Source: an uncultured delta proteobacterium (lineage in GTDB: Bacteria > Myxococcota_A > Polyangia > Polyangiales > JAFGIB01). Taken from it: a DNA stretch of 64,000 nt. Below, piece after piece: positions 1 to 10,666 of the stretch. Each line of letters starts with the position of its first letter. The stretch's first letter is position 1. Both the position numbers and the translations under genes were made by a program. Where the stretch lies: positions 32,001-96,000 of the forward strand of contig CAVZVA010000003.1 in assembly GCA_963778655.1 (NCBI GenBank), written 5' to 3'. A model generated the notes under the pieces. The model saw nothing but the letters and a program-made list of their open reading frames with translations. It was not told the origin of the DNA and did no database searches.

Positions 1-580
1 ACAGGTAGCTCTTGTTGGCCGAGCCGCCGCCCTTGGCGATGAAAAGGAACTTGTAGGCGTCGCCCTGCTCCGCATACAGCTCGATCTGCGCCGGCAGGTT
101 GGTGCCGGTGTTCTTCTCCTCGTACATGCTCAGCGGCGCCAGCTGCGAGTAGCGCAGGTTGCGCTGGGCGTAGGTCTCGTAGATACCGCGCGCGAGCGCC
201 TCCTCGTCGTTGCCGGAGGTCCACACCTGCTGGCCCTTCTTGCCCATCACGATCGCGGTGCCGGTGTCCTGGCACATCGGCAGCACGCCGCCGGCGGCGA
301 TGCTCGCGTTCTTGAGCAAGTCGAGCGCCACGAACTTGTCGTTGGCCGAGGCCTCGGGGTCGTCGAGAATTTTGCGCAGTTGTCGCAGGTGGGCCGGCCG
401 CAGAAAGTGGGCGATCTCACCCATCGCCTCGCGCGCCAGCAGCGTCAGCGTCTCGGGCGGCACCTTGAGCACGCTCGTGCCTTCGAAGCGCGCGGTCGAC
501 ACCTGGCCCTGCTCGAGGCGGCGGTAGGGCGTGTCGTCGGCCCCGAGCGGAAGCAGCTCCTGATATGCAAAATCCGGCAT
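1..580 (-). CDS. Class I (Fe-S) fumarate hydratase, N-terminal part (runs off the left edge)
   Basis: Manual translation from ATG 580: [13 protein letters not shown]...LRPAHL...[20 protein letters not shown]...[11 protein letters not shown]...NLRYSQLAP...[13 protein letters not shown]...[12 protein letters not shown], typical FumA/FumB motifs; not in the ORF track because it is truncated. Confidence 0.93.
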   Translation of the reverse strand, partial: MPDFAYQELLPLGADDTPYRRLEQGQVSTARFEGTSVLKVPPETLTLLAREAMGEIAHFLRPAHLRQLRKILDDPEASANDKFVALDLLKNASIAAGGVLPMCQDTGTAIVMGKKGQQVWTSGNDEEALARGIYETYAQRNLRYSQLAPLSMYEEKNTGTNLPAQIELYAEQGDAYKFLFIAKGGGSANKSYL

Positions 581-816
581 GTCCTCTCCTGCGGCTGCTC
601 GGGGTTACTACCATGCCTGCCCCCGGGGACAAACGCTGAGCGCTCCGGATAGCGCGCACGCTTGGATGCGGACGCGCTGCCCTGGCGCGCGCTCCCGCCG
701 CGCCGACTCGCGCCCTCACGCTCGGCTTGGACGCCGGGCCGCTTGCACACCGGGCGATGACGTGCGACGAGCATGCGGTCGGCCGCTACCCGGCCGCGCC
801 CGCGGGAGGGATCTCG

Positions 817-1461
817 ATGCTCAAGAAAATCCTGATCGGACTGGTGGTGGTGATCGGCGGCTTCGCGGTCTTCGTGGCGACGCGGCCGGACACCTACCAC
901 GTCGAACGCTCCGCCACGATCGCGGCGCCGCCCGAGATCATCTTCGCGCAGCTCGAGGATCTCAAGGCGTGGCACGCCTGGTCGCCGTGGGACAAGCGCG
1001 ACCCCGACATCAAGCGCAGCTACTCGGGCGCCGAGCGCGGCGTGGGCGCGGAGTACGCCTGGCAAGGCAACGGGCAGACCGGCAAAGGCAACATGAAGAT
1101 CACCGAGGACGAGGCACCGCTGAAGCTGCGCTTCGAGACCCATTTCATCGAGCCCTTCCCCTCGGTCGCGCAGGGCGGTTTCGACCTCAAGCCCAACGGC
1201 GACAAGACCGAGGTCACCTGGACCAGCGACGGCGGGCGCGGCTTCGTCGGCAAGTTCTTCGGGCTGTTCTTCAGCATGGACTCGATGATCGGTCCCGACT
1301 TCGAGCACGGCTTGCAGGACCTCAGGAACATCGCCGAGGCCAAGGCCGCCAAGGAGAAGGAAGCCGCCGCCGCCAAGGCCGCCGCGGCCGCGGCCGCCCA
1401 GGCGGCCACCCAGGCCGCCGCCGCTGCTCAGCCCCAGCCCGGAGCCACGGCCGCGAAATAG
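817..1461 (+). CDS. SRPBCC/polyketide cyclase family protein with N-terminal membrane anchor
   Basis: GGAGGG RBS then MLKKILIGLVVV; VERSATIAAPPE, WHAWSPW, G.GAEYAWQGN, IGPDFEHGL motifs; Ala-rich tail. Confidence 0.85.
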   Translation: MLKKILIGLVVVIGGFAVFVATRPDTYHVERSATIAAPPEIIFAQLEDLKAWHAWSPWDKRDPDIKRSYSGAERGVGAEYAWQGNGQTGKGNMKITEDEAPLKLRFETHFIEPFPSVAQGGFDLKPNGDKTEVTWTSDGGRGFVGKFFGLFFSMDSMIGPDFEHGLQDLRNIAEAKAAKEKEAAAAKAAAAAAAQAATQAAAAAQPQPGATAAK

Positions 1462-1595
1462 GGCCCCCGGGGTCCGAAGCGCGAGCGCGGGCTCGGCCAC
1501 GCGCAGATTAAACAGCCGCGCAATCGGCCCGCAATCTGCGACGCATAGCCTCCAGGGAAGCGCTCGGGAAGTCCGGGCGTGAGGAGGCATCGAAC

Positions 1596-1940
1596 ATGCT
1601 GCCGCAAGTGACCTTTCGTGGACTCGCGCCGTCGTCCGAGGTGGTCGACCTGGTCAGCAGGAAGGCCAAGAAGCTCAGCGAGCTGGCTCCGCTGCACGGC
1701 TGCCACGTCGTGATCGAGGCCTCGCCCTGGGGCAGCCCGCGCCCGCTCAGCTACCGCGTCGTGCTGCAGCTCAGCGGCGGCACGGGCGCGCGCGCGCGGC
1801 TGCCGCGACAGACCACCGACGCCAACCTGCAGGCCGCGCTCAGCGATGTGTTCCGCAGCGCGCGCCGGCAGCTCGACGCGCGCTCCAAGCCGCGCCGCGG
1901 CCCGGCCGCTCCGGTGCTGCGCGCGGCGCCCGGCCTCTAA
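1596..1940 (+). CDS. HPF/RaiA-like ribosome-associated protein (S30AE fold)
   Basis: GAGGAGG RBS; QVTFRGLAPS...KL...GCHVVIE...AALSDVFRSARRQL pattern. Confidence 0.7.
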   Translation: MLPQVTFRGLAPSSEVVDLVSRKAKKLSELAPLHGCHVVIEASPWGSPRPLSYRVVLQLSGGTGARARLPRQTTDANLQAALSDVFRSARRQLDARSKPRRGPAAPVLRAAPGL

Positions 1941-1949
1941 CATCAGAGC

Positions 1950-2117
1950 TCGCGATTCGGGATCGAATCACAAACTCTGATTTCTGCTTTGATTGTCAGC
2001 GAGTCGCGCCGACTCCCTGCGCGCGAGGCAAAGCCTCGCGCATTCACCCTCTCGCGGTACTGCGGCATCCGCCGCACCGCTAACTGACCGATCGGCATGG
2101 CCGTTCCCGAATCGCGA
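1950..2117. repeat. Intergenic element bounded by a perfect 13-bp inverted repeat (MITE-like or structured RNA)
   Basis: TCGCGATTCGGGA at 1950-1962 and its reverse complement TCCCGAATCGCGA at 2105-2117; internal hairpin CGCGAGGC-AAA-GCCTCGCG near 2022-2040. Confidence 0.5.
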
Positions 2118-2131
2118 TCGGTCATTTAGCG

Positions 2132-3634
2132 CTACGCCGCGCGGTCATCGGCGCACTCCGTGAGCTGCGGCAGCGCGCCGCGCCGGCCGCGCAGCAGCAG
2201 CACCAGCAGCAGCGCCAGCAGCGCGATCGCGGCGCCGGCCGCCAGCCTGCGCCGGGTGCGCTCGCGCGCGGCACGCTTGCCGCTGAGGCGGTCGAGCGCG
2301 GCGGCCGCAGCCGTATGGCCGGGCTCGTAGCGCAGCGCCTGGGCGTACGCCTCGAGGTCGACCACGCCGTGGCTGAGCTCGAGCTGGCCCTTTGCGAACG
2401 CCAGCTGGGCGCGCAGGTGGCGCGTGCCAGGCGCCTGGGGCGCGAGCCGCAACGCGCGCCGATAGGCCTCGCGGGCCGGCTCGAACGCATGGCGCGCGAG
2501 CCGCGCGTCACCGAGCGCGGCGTAGCCCGGCGCCATCTTGGCGGCATCCGCGTAGCGCGGGAGGCGAGCCAGCAGGCGATCGTAGCGCTGGCGCATACCC
2601 TCGAGGTCCCCGGCGACGAAACGCGCCATGCCCTGCGCGAGCAGCGTGTCGGCCTCCTCGGTCGCATCGCGATCGAGCAGCGCGTACAGCTCGTTGGCGG
2701 TGCGCTCGGCGTCCCAGCGCCGGTCGGCGTCGCGCCCCGCGACCTGCGCGTAGAGCTCGCGCAGCTGCCAGATCGCGTTCTTGCCGAAGCGCGCCGTGAC
2801 CTCGCGCGCGGCTTCGCGCAGCTCGCGCTTGTCCGAGCTGACCAGTCGCACCACCGTCGGCATCGCCGGGAAGTCGAGCGGCTCGCCGTACGCGCGCACC
2901 ACCTGCGCCGCCAGGTGCGCGTCGTGCTGGTCGGTCGCAACCTCCGGATCATCCATGCCGAGCGCGTGCACGCCCGCCTGCGCCCACGCCCGCACACGCG
3001 GATCGGCGTGCGAGCGCAGCCTGATCAACGCCGGCAGCAGCGACAAGCCGACGCGCTCGCGGGACCGGCGCAGCTCGGCGTCCCACACGCCCGGCGGATC
3101 GAGCTCGAGCACGTCGGCCATCAACAGCCCCGCCTCCGGCGTGGCGACGCGCTCGAGCGAGCGCAACAGCAGCAGCGGCTCGGCCATCGCGAGCAGCGCC
3201 TTATCGCGGCGCTCGCGCAGCACCGCCAGCACGCCCCGGGCAATGTCGGTGTCGTCGTCGCTTCGGCGGCTGCCGGCCGCGTGCCGGAACGCGGTCAGCG
3301 CGACCTTGGCCGCCTCGGGATCAGGACGGCCGCGGCGCAGCTCGCGCAGCCGCTGCGCGATTCCCGGCAAGCTCTCGGCGTGCAGCTCGGCCAGCGCGTG
3401 CTGCGCCGCCGTGCGCTGCGCCTCGCTCGGCCCCCCGAGCTGGGCGGTGAGCCGCGCGATCTCCGCGGCGTCCAGACCACGCACCTGCAGCCAGCGCGAC
3501 GGCGGCGGGAAGGGCGGCGCCGCGGCGGCCGGACGCGCCAGCAAAAGGCCCAGGCAGCAGCACCCGATCAGGGCCAGGGGCGCCGCAGCCCCGCCCGGGA
3601 GCTCGCGAATCGCTGCGCCGCCACCAGCTCGCAT
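2132..3634 (-). CDS. Exported HEAT/TPR-repeat protein with C-terminal TM anchor
   Basis: Signal-like N-terminus (LLLARPAAA), helical repeats, TPR-like AREAYRRALRLAP, hydrophobic tail followed by RGRR; start chosen inside ORF 2132..4252. Confidence 0.6.
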   Translation of the reverse strand: MRAGGGAAIRELPGGAAAPLALIGCCCLGLLLARPAAAAPPFPPPSRWLQVRGLDAAEIARLTAQLGGPSEAQRTAAQHALAELHAESLPGIAQRLRELRRGRPDPEAAKVALTAFRHAAGSRRSDDDTDIARGVLAVLRERRDKALLAMAEPLLLLRSLERVATPEAGLLMADVLELDPPGVWDAELRRSRERVGLSLLPALIRLRSHADPRVRAWAQAGVHALGMDDPEVATDQHDAHLAAQVVRAYGEPLDFPAMPTVVRLVSSDKRELREAAREVTARFGKNAIWQLRELYAQVAGRDADRRWDAERTANELYALLDRDATEEADTLLAQGMARFVAGDLEGMRQRYDRLLARLPRYADAAKMAPGYAALGDARLARHAFEPAREAYRRALRLAPQAPGTRHLRAQLAFAKGQLELSHGVVDLEAYAQALRYEPGHTAAAAALDRLSGKRAARERTRRRLAAGAAIALLALLLVLLLRGRRGALPQLTECADDRAA

Positions 3635-3687
3635 CGCGCCACACTGCCGCCGCGGGCGCGCGCCGTCAATTTTTCGCGCAGGCCCGA

Positions 3688-3969
3688 TCAGTCCGGAACT
3701 ATTCGGAATTCCGAGAACTCGCCGGTATAGCTGCGCCAGCGCGTGTCGAGCTTTTCGACCCGCGCGGTCGAGGGGCCGTGCTGGGCCCAGGAAAGCAGGT
3801 CCTTGACCTGGTCCTCCTCGCCCTCGGCCACGATCTCGACCCCGCCGTCGGGGCGGTTCATGACCCAGCCGGTCAGGCCGAGCCGCTTGGCCTCGCGCTG
3901 TGCCGAAGCCCGGAAATACATGCCCTGGACCCGCCCCTTCACGACCAGGTGGATGCGTTTTTGTCCCAT
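3688..3969 (-). CDS. acyP: Acylphosphatase
   Basis: GRVQGMYFR and [20 protein letters not shown] signatures, GPSTARV. Confidence 0.95.
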   Translation of the reverse strand: MGQKRIHLVVKGRVQGMYFRASAQREAKRLGLTGWVMNRPDGGVEIVAEGEEDQVKDLLSWAQHGPSTARVEKLDTRWRSYTGEFSEFRIVPD

Positions 3970-4250
3970 ACAAGACCCTGCCTATCGCGCGCGATCCGGC
4001 CTCGCAACCGCCGGCGCGGCCGGCCCCGCCGGCCGTGCGCGGACCGTTACGCCGCAGTTTCGCCACAAGTCCGGCTCTTGGCCAGTGTTGGCGTGTCACC
4101 GGGTGTTGGCGTGCCACCGGCCACGCCCTCCCCGCCCGCGGCCCGGTGGGGACCCGCACCGGGTCCTGCGGCGCCAACTGGCTCGCGCTCGGCTCCGTTT
4201 CTGCTAGCTTATCGCCCCACGTTCCTATTTGCGGAACGCAACAGGACACC

Positions 4251-4448
4251 ATGAAGCCCGAAATTCATCCCGAGTACAAAGAGGCCCAGGTCACCTGCGC
4301 GTGCGGCGCCAGCTTCGTCACGCGCTCGACCCGCGGCTCCTTCAGCGTCGACATCTGCTCCGAATGCCATCCGTTCTACACTGGCAAGCAGAAGCTGGTG
4401 GACAGCGCCGGCCGCATCGAGCGGTTCAACAAGAAGTACGGCAAGTAG
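4251..4448 (+). CDS. rpmE: 50S ribosomal protein L31, zinc-binding type
   Basis: MKPEIHPEY...CACG...[29 protein letters not shown]. Confidence 0.98.
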   Translation: MKPEIHPEYKEAQVTCACGASFVTRSTRGSFSVDICSECHPFYTGKQKLVDSAGRIERFNKKYGK

Positions 4449-4566
4449 CGAGGGCGGGGGCCGCTCGCACGCTGGCGCAGGGCTGCAGGCGTGCGAGGGC
4501 TGCCGCGATTGCCCCGGCGGCACGCGCTTCGGTCTTGCTCCCGCGCCCGAATTCCGGTGTAAGCCG

Positions 4567-5637
4567 ATGCTGCCGACCGACAAGCTCGAATCGCTGCGCG
4601 CCCGCTACGACGAGCTCGAGGATCTGCTGTGCCAGCCGGAAGTGGCCGCGGACTCAACGCGCTACGTCAAGCTGACCCGCGAGCGCGGCGAGCTGCTGCC
4701 GCTGGTGCAGGCCTACCAGCGATATCTCGACAACGCGCGCCGCATCCGCGAGGACCGAGAGGCGCTGAGCGATCCGGAGCTGCGCGAGATGGCGCTGGAG
4801 GAGCTGCCCGAGCTGGAGCAGCAGCGGGAGCAGATCGAGGCGCAGATCTCGCTGCTGCTGCTGCCCAGGGATCCCAACGATGCGCGCAACACCGTGCTGG
4901 AAATCCGCAGCGGCACCGGCGGCGAGGAGGCTTCGCTGTTCGCCGCCGACCTGTTCCGCATGTACTGCCGCTACGCGGAGCGCAAGGGCTGGAGCGTGCA
5001 GGTGCTGTCGAGCAGCGAGTCGGCCACCGGTGGGCTCAAGGAGATGATCGCCCTGATCAAGGGCGATCGCGTGTACTCGGCCTTGCGCTTCGAGGGCGGG
5101 GTGCACCGCGTGCAGCGGGTACCTGCGACCGAGAACCAGGGCCGGATCCACACCTCAACCGCAACCGTCGCGGTGCTGCCGGAAGCCGACGAGGTGGACG
5201 TGCAGATCAACGAAGGCGATCTGGAGATGCAGGCGACCGGCTCCGGCGGCCCGGGCGGCCAGCACGTGAACATGACCAACAGCGCGGTGCAGCTGTTTCA
5301 CAAGCCCAGCGGGATCATGGTGCGCTGCCAGGAGGAGCGCTCGCAGCACAAGAACCGCGCGCGCGCGATGCAGATCCTGCGGGCGCGCCTGCTCAAGACC
5401 GCCACCGAGGAGCAGCACGCCGCGGTCGCCGCCGAACGCCGTGGCATGGTCGGCGGCGGCGAACGCGCGGAGAAGATCCGCACCTACAACTTCCCGCAGA
5501 ACCGCGTCACCGATCACCGGCTGGGGCTGACCCTGCACAAGCTCGACGCGGTCATCGAAGGCGACATCGAGGAGCTGCTCACGGCGCTGCGCAACCACCA
5601 CCAGGCCGAGCTGCTGGCGCGCCAGAGCGAGCGCTGA
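4567..5637 (+). CDS. prfA: Peptide chain release factor 1
   Basis: GTGGEEASLFA, GVHRVQRVPATE (PxT motif), GGQHVN, KIRTYNFPQNRVTDHR. Confidence 0.97.
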   Translation: MLPTDKLESLRARYDELEDLLCQPEVAADSTRYVKLTRERGELLPLVQAYQRYLDNARRIREDREALSDPELREMALEELPELEQQREQIEAQISLLLLPRDPNDARNTVLEIRSGTGGEEASLFAADLFRMYCRYAERKGWSVQVLSSSESATGGLKEMIALIKGDRVYSALRFEGGVHRVQRVPATENQGRIHTSTATVAVLPEADEVDVQINEGDLEMQATGSGGPGGQHVNMTNSAVQLFHKPSGIMVRCQEERSQHKNRARAMQILRARLLKTATEEQHAAVAAERRGMVGGGERAEKIRTYNFPQNRVTDHRLGLTLHKLDAVIEGDIEELLTALRNHHQAELLARQSER

Positions 5638-5680
5638 AGGAGTTAGCGCGAACGATGAGCGGACTCGCGAGCGGGCGAAT

Positions 5681-6202
5681 TCAGTTCTTCCAGAGCAGCT
5701 GGGTGGCGCGCTCAGCGTCGGGGCGCTCCACCCGCGGGCAGTCGTGACAGCGCAGCGGGAAGTCGGGATCGGTGCACTCACGACACGCTTGCAGCGCGCC
5801 GAGCATCGAGCGCAGCTCGCCGCGCACGCGCTGCAGTGTGGCGGCGCGCCGCTCCAGCTCCTCGATCCGCGCGGTGAGCGCGCTCGACATCTGGCAGGCC
5901 GCCTGGATCGCGCTGCTGCAGCCAGCCTTGAGCGCCATCAGATGTTTGATCTCGTGCAGCGACAGACCGGCTTCCCTCAAATCCGAGATTGTCTGTAATT
6001 TTTGGAGCTCGGATTCGGGGAACTTGCGGTGGCTGCCGTCCGCGCGCGCCCGCGCGGCGATTAGGCCTTCGGCCTCGTAAAAACGCACGGTCCGCAGCGT
6101 CGTCTGGCTCAGGCGCGCCATCTCGCCGGTGGTGAACCAGCCTGCTCCGGCGTTCCCCGGCCCGTCCCTGCGCTCTCGATTGCCCCCGTCTTCTCGATCC
6201 AT
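5681..6202 (-). CDS. MerR family transcriptional regulator
   Basis: TTGEMARLSQTTLRTVRFYEAEGLI HTH, LREAGLSLHEIK, coiled coil, C-terminal CxxC...CxxC. Confidence 0.9.
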   Translation of the reverse strand: MDREDGGNRERRDGPGNAGAGWFTTGEMARLSQTTLRTVRFYEAEGLIAARARADGSHRKFPESELQKLQTISDLREAGLSLHEIKHLMALKAGCSSAIQAACQMSSALTARIEELERRAATLQRVRGELRSMLGALQACRECTDPDFPLRCHDCPRVERPDAERATQLLWKN

Positions 6203-6438
6203 GCTTCCGACACCCTACTGGTACCCGTCCGGAAGCCCAAGCTCCCGGACCCCGTGGGTGCGTTGCGCAAGCCCTGCGCCAAACCGTCCGCGTACTGGGT
6301 GGGGACCGTGTAGAACATAGGGACGCGCTCCCCTGTGCGTCAAGCGGACAGCAACCGCGCGGCCCCACCGGCCGACAACCGGGGTAGGACCGCGGCCGCA
6401 GCGCCGGTGCGGAGCTGGTATAACGACACGGAGAACCG

Positions 6439-6813
6439 ATGACCTCGATCAAACCCCCGGATGGACGACGCCCGGCAGGCCCGCTCGGGCCGACCGCCAG
6501 CGGCGCCAAGGAGGCCGCGGAGGCCGAGCGCCCGGAAGCGGGCTTTCGGGCAGCGCTCGAGAGCGCCGGACGCGCGAGCTCGGCGGAACCGGCGGCCGCG
6601 GCTGCCGGAACCGACCCGATCGCGCAGCTGGCGCACGCGGTCAAGAGCGGCGCGCTCAGCCCGGAGCAGGCGCTGGAGCGGCTCGCCGATCAGACCGCGG
6701 CCAGGATGTCCCACGCGCTCAGCCCGACCCAGCGCGGGGAGCTGCTGGCGGTGCTGCGCGCAGCACTGCAGCATGATCCGGCGTTGGGCGCGCTACGCGA
6801 CGCGCTGCGTTGA
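6439..6813 (+). CDS. Hypothetical protein
   Basis: GGAG RBS before ATG, GC3-biased codons, helical C-terminus. Confidence 0.6.
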   Translation: MTSIKPPDGRRPAGPLGPTASGAKEAAEAERPEAGFRAALESAGRASSAEPAAAAAGTDPIAQLAHAVKSGALSPEQALERLADQTAARMSHALSPTQRGELLAVLRAALQHDPALGALRDALR

Positions 6814-6892
6814 AGGATCGCGCGCGCCCGTGCTTGGCTCGCCGGGACAGCGCCCCTTGCCGCCGCGGTCCATCGGTGCGATCTGGGGCAGC

Positions 6893-8035
6893 GTGCGCGC
6901 CGTCCTCCCGCTCGCCGCCCTGGCGCTGCTGATTGCTGCGTGCTCGCGAAGCGGCGACGCGAGCGCGAGCCCCCGCGCCCCCGCGGCGCGAGCGCCCGCC
7001 GCCGCCGTGCCCGCGGTGGACGCAGGGGACTGGGCGCTGCGGGTGAGCGCCACGCCAGCCGGGCGGCCACAAGCGCCCGCCAGGACCAAGCCCGAAATCC
7101 GCGCCGCGGTGATGCCGGACGAAGTCGAGAGCGGCGACGAGCCGGTGCGCATCGCGCGCCTGGTGTACCGCGTGAGCTTCTACGTGCCGGCCTCGTTCCG
7201 CGATCGTCGCGTCGCGGTGCGCGCTCCGGCCGGCGAGCTGCAGCTGGACGCGTCCGAAAACCGCCTGCGCGCACGCTTCGTGGGACCGGGTTGGCCGGTG
7301 CCCGAAGGCAGCGAGGTGCGCATGCGCGCCGATCTGCCGGGCGTGTACCTGTTCGATACGCGCGGCGGCCGCTCGCTCGGCGCGGGGCAGCTCGCAGCCT
7401 GGTTCGAGGGCCGCGAGACCCATAGGGCCCGAGCGCTGGTGGGCGTGTCGCGCGACCACGGGCCGCCGGCCGCCAAGCCGCTGCCGACCGCGCTGGTCTG
7501 CGGGCTGCTCGCCGAGTGGGCGAATCAAGATCGCGAGGCGCTCACGCACCGCTGCGATGGCGGCTCGGTACCGCCCAGCTTTCGGGTGGGCCCGTGGAGC
7601 GGCGAGCTCACCGCGGTGGTGCCGATGGAGCTGCCGGGGCGCGACCTGCGCGCCGACGAGGTCGACCCGCCGCCGCGGATCGCGCCGCGCGACGGCGGCT
7701 TGTTGCTGGAGCCAGCGGCGTTCGCGCACCTGCCGGCGTCGCGCGCGCAGCCGGGCAGCGGGCCGGCCAGCCTGGTGATCGACAACCAGACCGACACCCG
7801 CGCGATCATCCTGGCGCAAGGCGTGGCGATCGGCTGGGTCGAGGCGGGACGGCGGCTGCAGGTCGACGGCCTTTCGCCCGGGCAGTACCGGATCGGCGCG
7901 ATCCGCCCCTTTGGCATCCTACGCATGGCCCCCAAGCTGGTCCGCGTGCCAGGCCACCTGCTGCTCGGCCGCGGCCACTGGCGCGAGCTCCCCGATGGCC
8001 CCGAACCCCAACGCACCAGCGCCGCCCGCCCTTGA
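6893..8035 (+). CDS. Hypothetical lipoprotein
   Basis: GTG start with lipobox LLIAAC; coding-like frame of ORF 6461..8035. Confidence 0.6.
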   Translation: MRAVLPLAALALLIAACSRSGDASASPRAPAARAPAAAVPAVDAGDWALRVSATPAGRPQAPARTKPEIRAAVMPDEVESGDEPVRIARLVYRVSFYVPASFRDRRVAVRAPAGELQLDASENRLRARFVGPGWPVPEGSEVRMRADLPGVYLFDTRGGRSLGAGQLAAWFEGRETHRARALVGVSRDHGPPAAKPLPTALVCGLLAEWANQDREALTHRCDGGSVPPSFRVGPWSGELTAVVPMELPGRDLRADEVDPPPRIAPRDGGLLLEPAAFAHLPASRAQPGSGPASLVIDNQTDTRAIILAQGVAIGWVEAGRRLQVDGLSPGQYRIGAIRPFGILRMAPKLVRVPGHLLLGRGHWRELPDGPEPQRTSAARP

Positions 8036-8100
8036 ACCAGTTGCGATGCCGACCACGTAGTCATAAGCGTGCCCGCCCTCGCCGCTGCTGCGGCCCTACT

Positions 8101-9801
8101 CTACGACCGCCCCCGCCTCCGCCACCACAGCCCGCACCACGACAGCAGCCCTAGCAGCCAGGCGCCCGCCGACGCCTGCGACGTGCTGCTCCCCATCGCG
8201 CTGCAGCCTCCGGAGCTGCCGCCCTTGAGCACGACGGGCGGGCCGCCGTCTGCGCCGGAGACGACCTTGACGCCCTGGTCCGCCGCGGCCTTGGCCAGCA
8301 GCTTGGTGATCTTGGCGCTGTTGTCGAGCATGACCGTGCCCTTGCCCTGGGTGGCGAGCTGCAGGATCTTGCGCGCGGCGGGTTGGCCCTTAGCCGCCTG
8401 GCTGGGCCACACTCCGAGCTCGCGTCCGACCACCACGTCGCCCTGCGGCAAGACCATGGTCCAGCTCTGATCGCAGCCGATCGTCTGCATGGCGGTGTGC
8501 TGGTTGGAGACGTCGCCCGCGTCGGGGTTGAAGTCGAACGCGGGATCCACGGTCATCTCGTCGGCGCTCATCGTGGTGTACAGGCGCGTGACGTAGGGCA
8601 GCGACGAGAGCAGCTTCTGGGTGTCGTCCATCGGCTTGTACACCTTCTCGAACAGCGACTTCAGGAACGCCGCGTCGTCGAACGCGAAGCCCGGCTGGCT
8701 TGCATAGCAGCGCGGGCAGCCCGCGAAGTCGCTGACGCTGACCCCCGCAGGCAGCGTCACCGCATCGGCGAGCGCGTCGGAGAAGCCATCCCAGCCGCCA
8801 AAGCTCGCTTGGGCGTCGCTCACGAAGGCAACCGGATCGCCGTATTGCTGGCTCGAGATGCGCTGCCACGCCTGCCGCTCGTAGGGTTGCAGCACGGCGT
8901 CCGCCAGGCTGTCGCTGCTCTGGGCCAGCTCGGTCACGAAACCCTGCCCTCCGGCCTCATCTGCAGCCGCGCTCACCACCGCGTCGTAGCTGTCCATGGG
9001 GTTGAACCAATCGATCAACGCCTCGTTGAGCTCGAGCGCCTTGTAGTTCTGAGGAATGGCGCGCGCCTCGCCCAGCACCCACACCAGCACGCCCATGTCG
9101 TCATCGGCGGCGACCGCGGTGGGACGGATCGGAATCGAGGGCAGCTGGGCGTCGTAGGTGATCAGGATCGGCCGGATCGAGCCGGTCATGCTGTCCTTGC
9201 TCAGGCGGAACGCGATCAGGTTGAGCCCGTCTTCCAGATAGGGCCCCAGCACGCTCGGCCCGAGGTCGGTGACGTCGTAGCCGTTCTGCATCAACCACTG
9301 CACCGCGGCGTCGGCCGGCGCCGCCAGATTGGGATCGAGCGTGATCACGGTGTAGTCGTACGGGCCGACGCTCCCGGATGCGAGCACGGTCACGTGGTCG
9401 GCGGCAGGGATGATCGCCGAGGTCCCGCCCGCGGCCGAGCGCGCGTTGAGCGCGCCGGCCCCGCCGCAGCTGTCGTCGAAGGTCGCCTGCACGTTGTATT
9501 GCGGGTCGGTGAGCTGCTGCAGGCGGTCGAACGCGAGCGTGCTCGAGACGGCGACCTTCGGCACGCCGGGCACCGGCAGCACCCAGCTGAAGCTCTGAGA
9601 GGGCCCCTCGTACTGGATCTCGATGACGGCGGTCACGCTGCCATCGGCGTTCTTCGCAAACACGATGCGCTCGGCGGCCTGGTTGACCGGCTGCGCGCGG
9701 TTGCAGAACAGCCCTCCGCAGGCCTGGGCCGGGCGGGGCGCGAGCCAGACCCCGACCGCGAGCAGCAGCGACGCGCACAACCCCATGCGAACCCCGTCCA
9801 T
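8101..9801 (-). CDS. DUF2330 domain protein with MYXO-CTERM-type sorting tail
   Basis: AGGAGG RBS; ACGGLFC, VNQAAERIVF, FSWVLPVP, VGPYDY, WLMQNGY, LYTTMSADEMTVDPAF; tail GGC...LLGLL...WRRR. Confidence 0.85.
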   Translation of the reverse strand: MDGVRMGLCASLLLAVGVWLAPRPAQACGGLFCNRAQPVNQAAERIVFAKNADGSVTAVIEIQYEGPSQSFSWVLPVPGVPKVAVSSTLAFDRLQQLTDPQYNVQATFDDSCGGAGALNARSAAGGTSAIIPAADHVTVLASGSVGPYDYTVITLDPNLAAPADAAVQWLMQNGYDVTDLGPSVLGPYLEDGLNLIAFRLSKDSMTGSIRPILITYDAQLPSIPIRPTAVAADDDMGVLVWVLGEARAIPQNYKALELNEALIDWFNPMDSYDAVVSAAADEAGGQGFVTELAQSSDSLADAVLQPYERQAWQRISSQQYGDPVAFVSDAQASFGGWDGFSDALADAVTLPAGVSVSDFAGCPRCYASQPGFAFDDAAFLKSLFEKVYKPMDDTQKLLSSLPYVTRLYTTMSADEMTVDPAFDFNPDAGDVSNQHTAMQTIGCDQSWTMVLPQGDVVVGRELGVWPSQAAKGQPAARKILQLATQGKGTVMLDNSAKITKLLAKAAADQGVKVVSGADGGPPVVLKGGSSGGCSAMGSSTSQASAGAWLLGLLSWCGLWWRRRGRS

Positions 9802-9912
9802 GCCGCACCTCCTGGGAGCACCGCCCGCCACGGCCTCCTGCACCCGGAATGCGACCAGGGTAGCAGGGGCCCCGCGCCTGGTCACTGCGGCCGCCACGCT
9901 TGGTTTCGGCGA

Positions 9913-10512
9913 TCAGCTCGGCGCGCCGTCCGGGCCGCGCTCGCCGCGCGCGGCTCGATAGACCTCGGGCCCGAAGTGGCGGCGCTCGCGCTGCTGGGCC
10001 TCGAGCGCGGCCAGCCGGTCCGCCAGGCGCTCGAGGGTCTCCCAGCGCAGGCTCAGCGTGTAGTAGTCCTCCGGCTCGACCTCGCCCTCGGCCTCGAGCG
10101 CCGCGGCCAGCACCGCGTGGGCGTCGTCGAGCAGCTGGAAGTGCGCGCCCCAGCCCGGCACGTCTTCCATCGACAGGACCTCCATCGCCGCCCCCATCGG
10201 ATTGAAGCTCAGAAAGAAGGACTCGAACTCGAGGCGGTGCCCCGGATAGTCGCCCTTGGGCGCGTGCCAGCGCACCCCCGAGAGGTTGCGGCGCACCAGC
10301 TCGCCGAAGTACGCGCCAGCGGCGGGCGCCAGCAGCGCCAGCAGCTCGGGCTTGTCCGCGTCGCCGCTCTGCCTGAGGTAGTGATCCAGGATCGGCAGCG
10401 TTTCGGGCGTGAAGTCGAGCGCCAGCCCGAGCGCATCCTTGACGAAACGCACGCAGGACTCGGCCAGGTCGGCCACCTCGGCCGGGGCGGCATCGGGCGC
10501 ACGCTCAGCCAT
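9913..10512 (-). CDS. Hypothetical protein
   Basis: LDFTPETLPILDHYL, AGAYFGELVR; strong codon bias; co-oriented with DUF2330 gene. Confidence 0.7.
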   Translation of the reverse strand: MAERAPDAAPAEVADLAESCVRFVKDALGLALDFTPETLPILDHYLRQSGDADKPELLALLAPAAGAYFGELVRRNLSGVRWHAPKGDYPGHRLEFESFFLSFNPMGAAMEVLSMEDVPGWGAHFQLLDDAHAVLAAALEAEGEVEPEDYYTLSLRWETLERLADRLAALEAQQRERRHFGPEVYRAARGERGPDGAPS

Positions 10513-10666
10513 CGCGGTCACGCCAGACCGGGCAGGCCGGTGGTGGGAGGGCGCCGGGGGGTCGATCGAGCACAGCGTGCACGCTGTGAGTTGGAGCAGG
10601 AATCGCTCTGTGATTCAATGACCCTGGCCGGCCACCCAGCCTCCACAACGGCCTGATCCGCACGCG

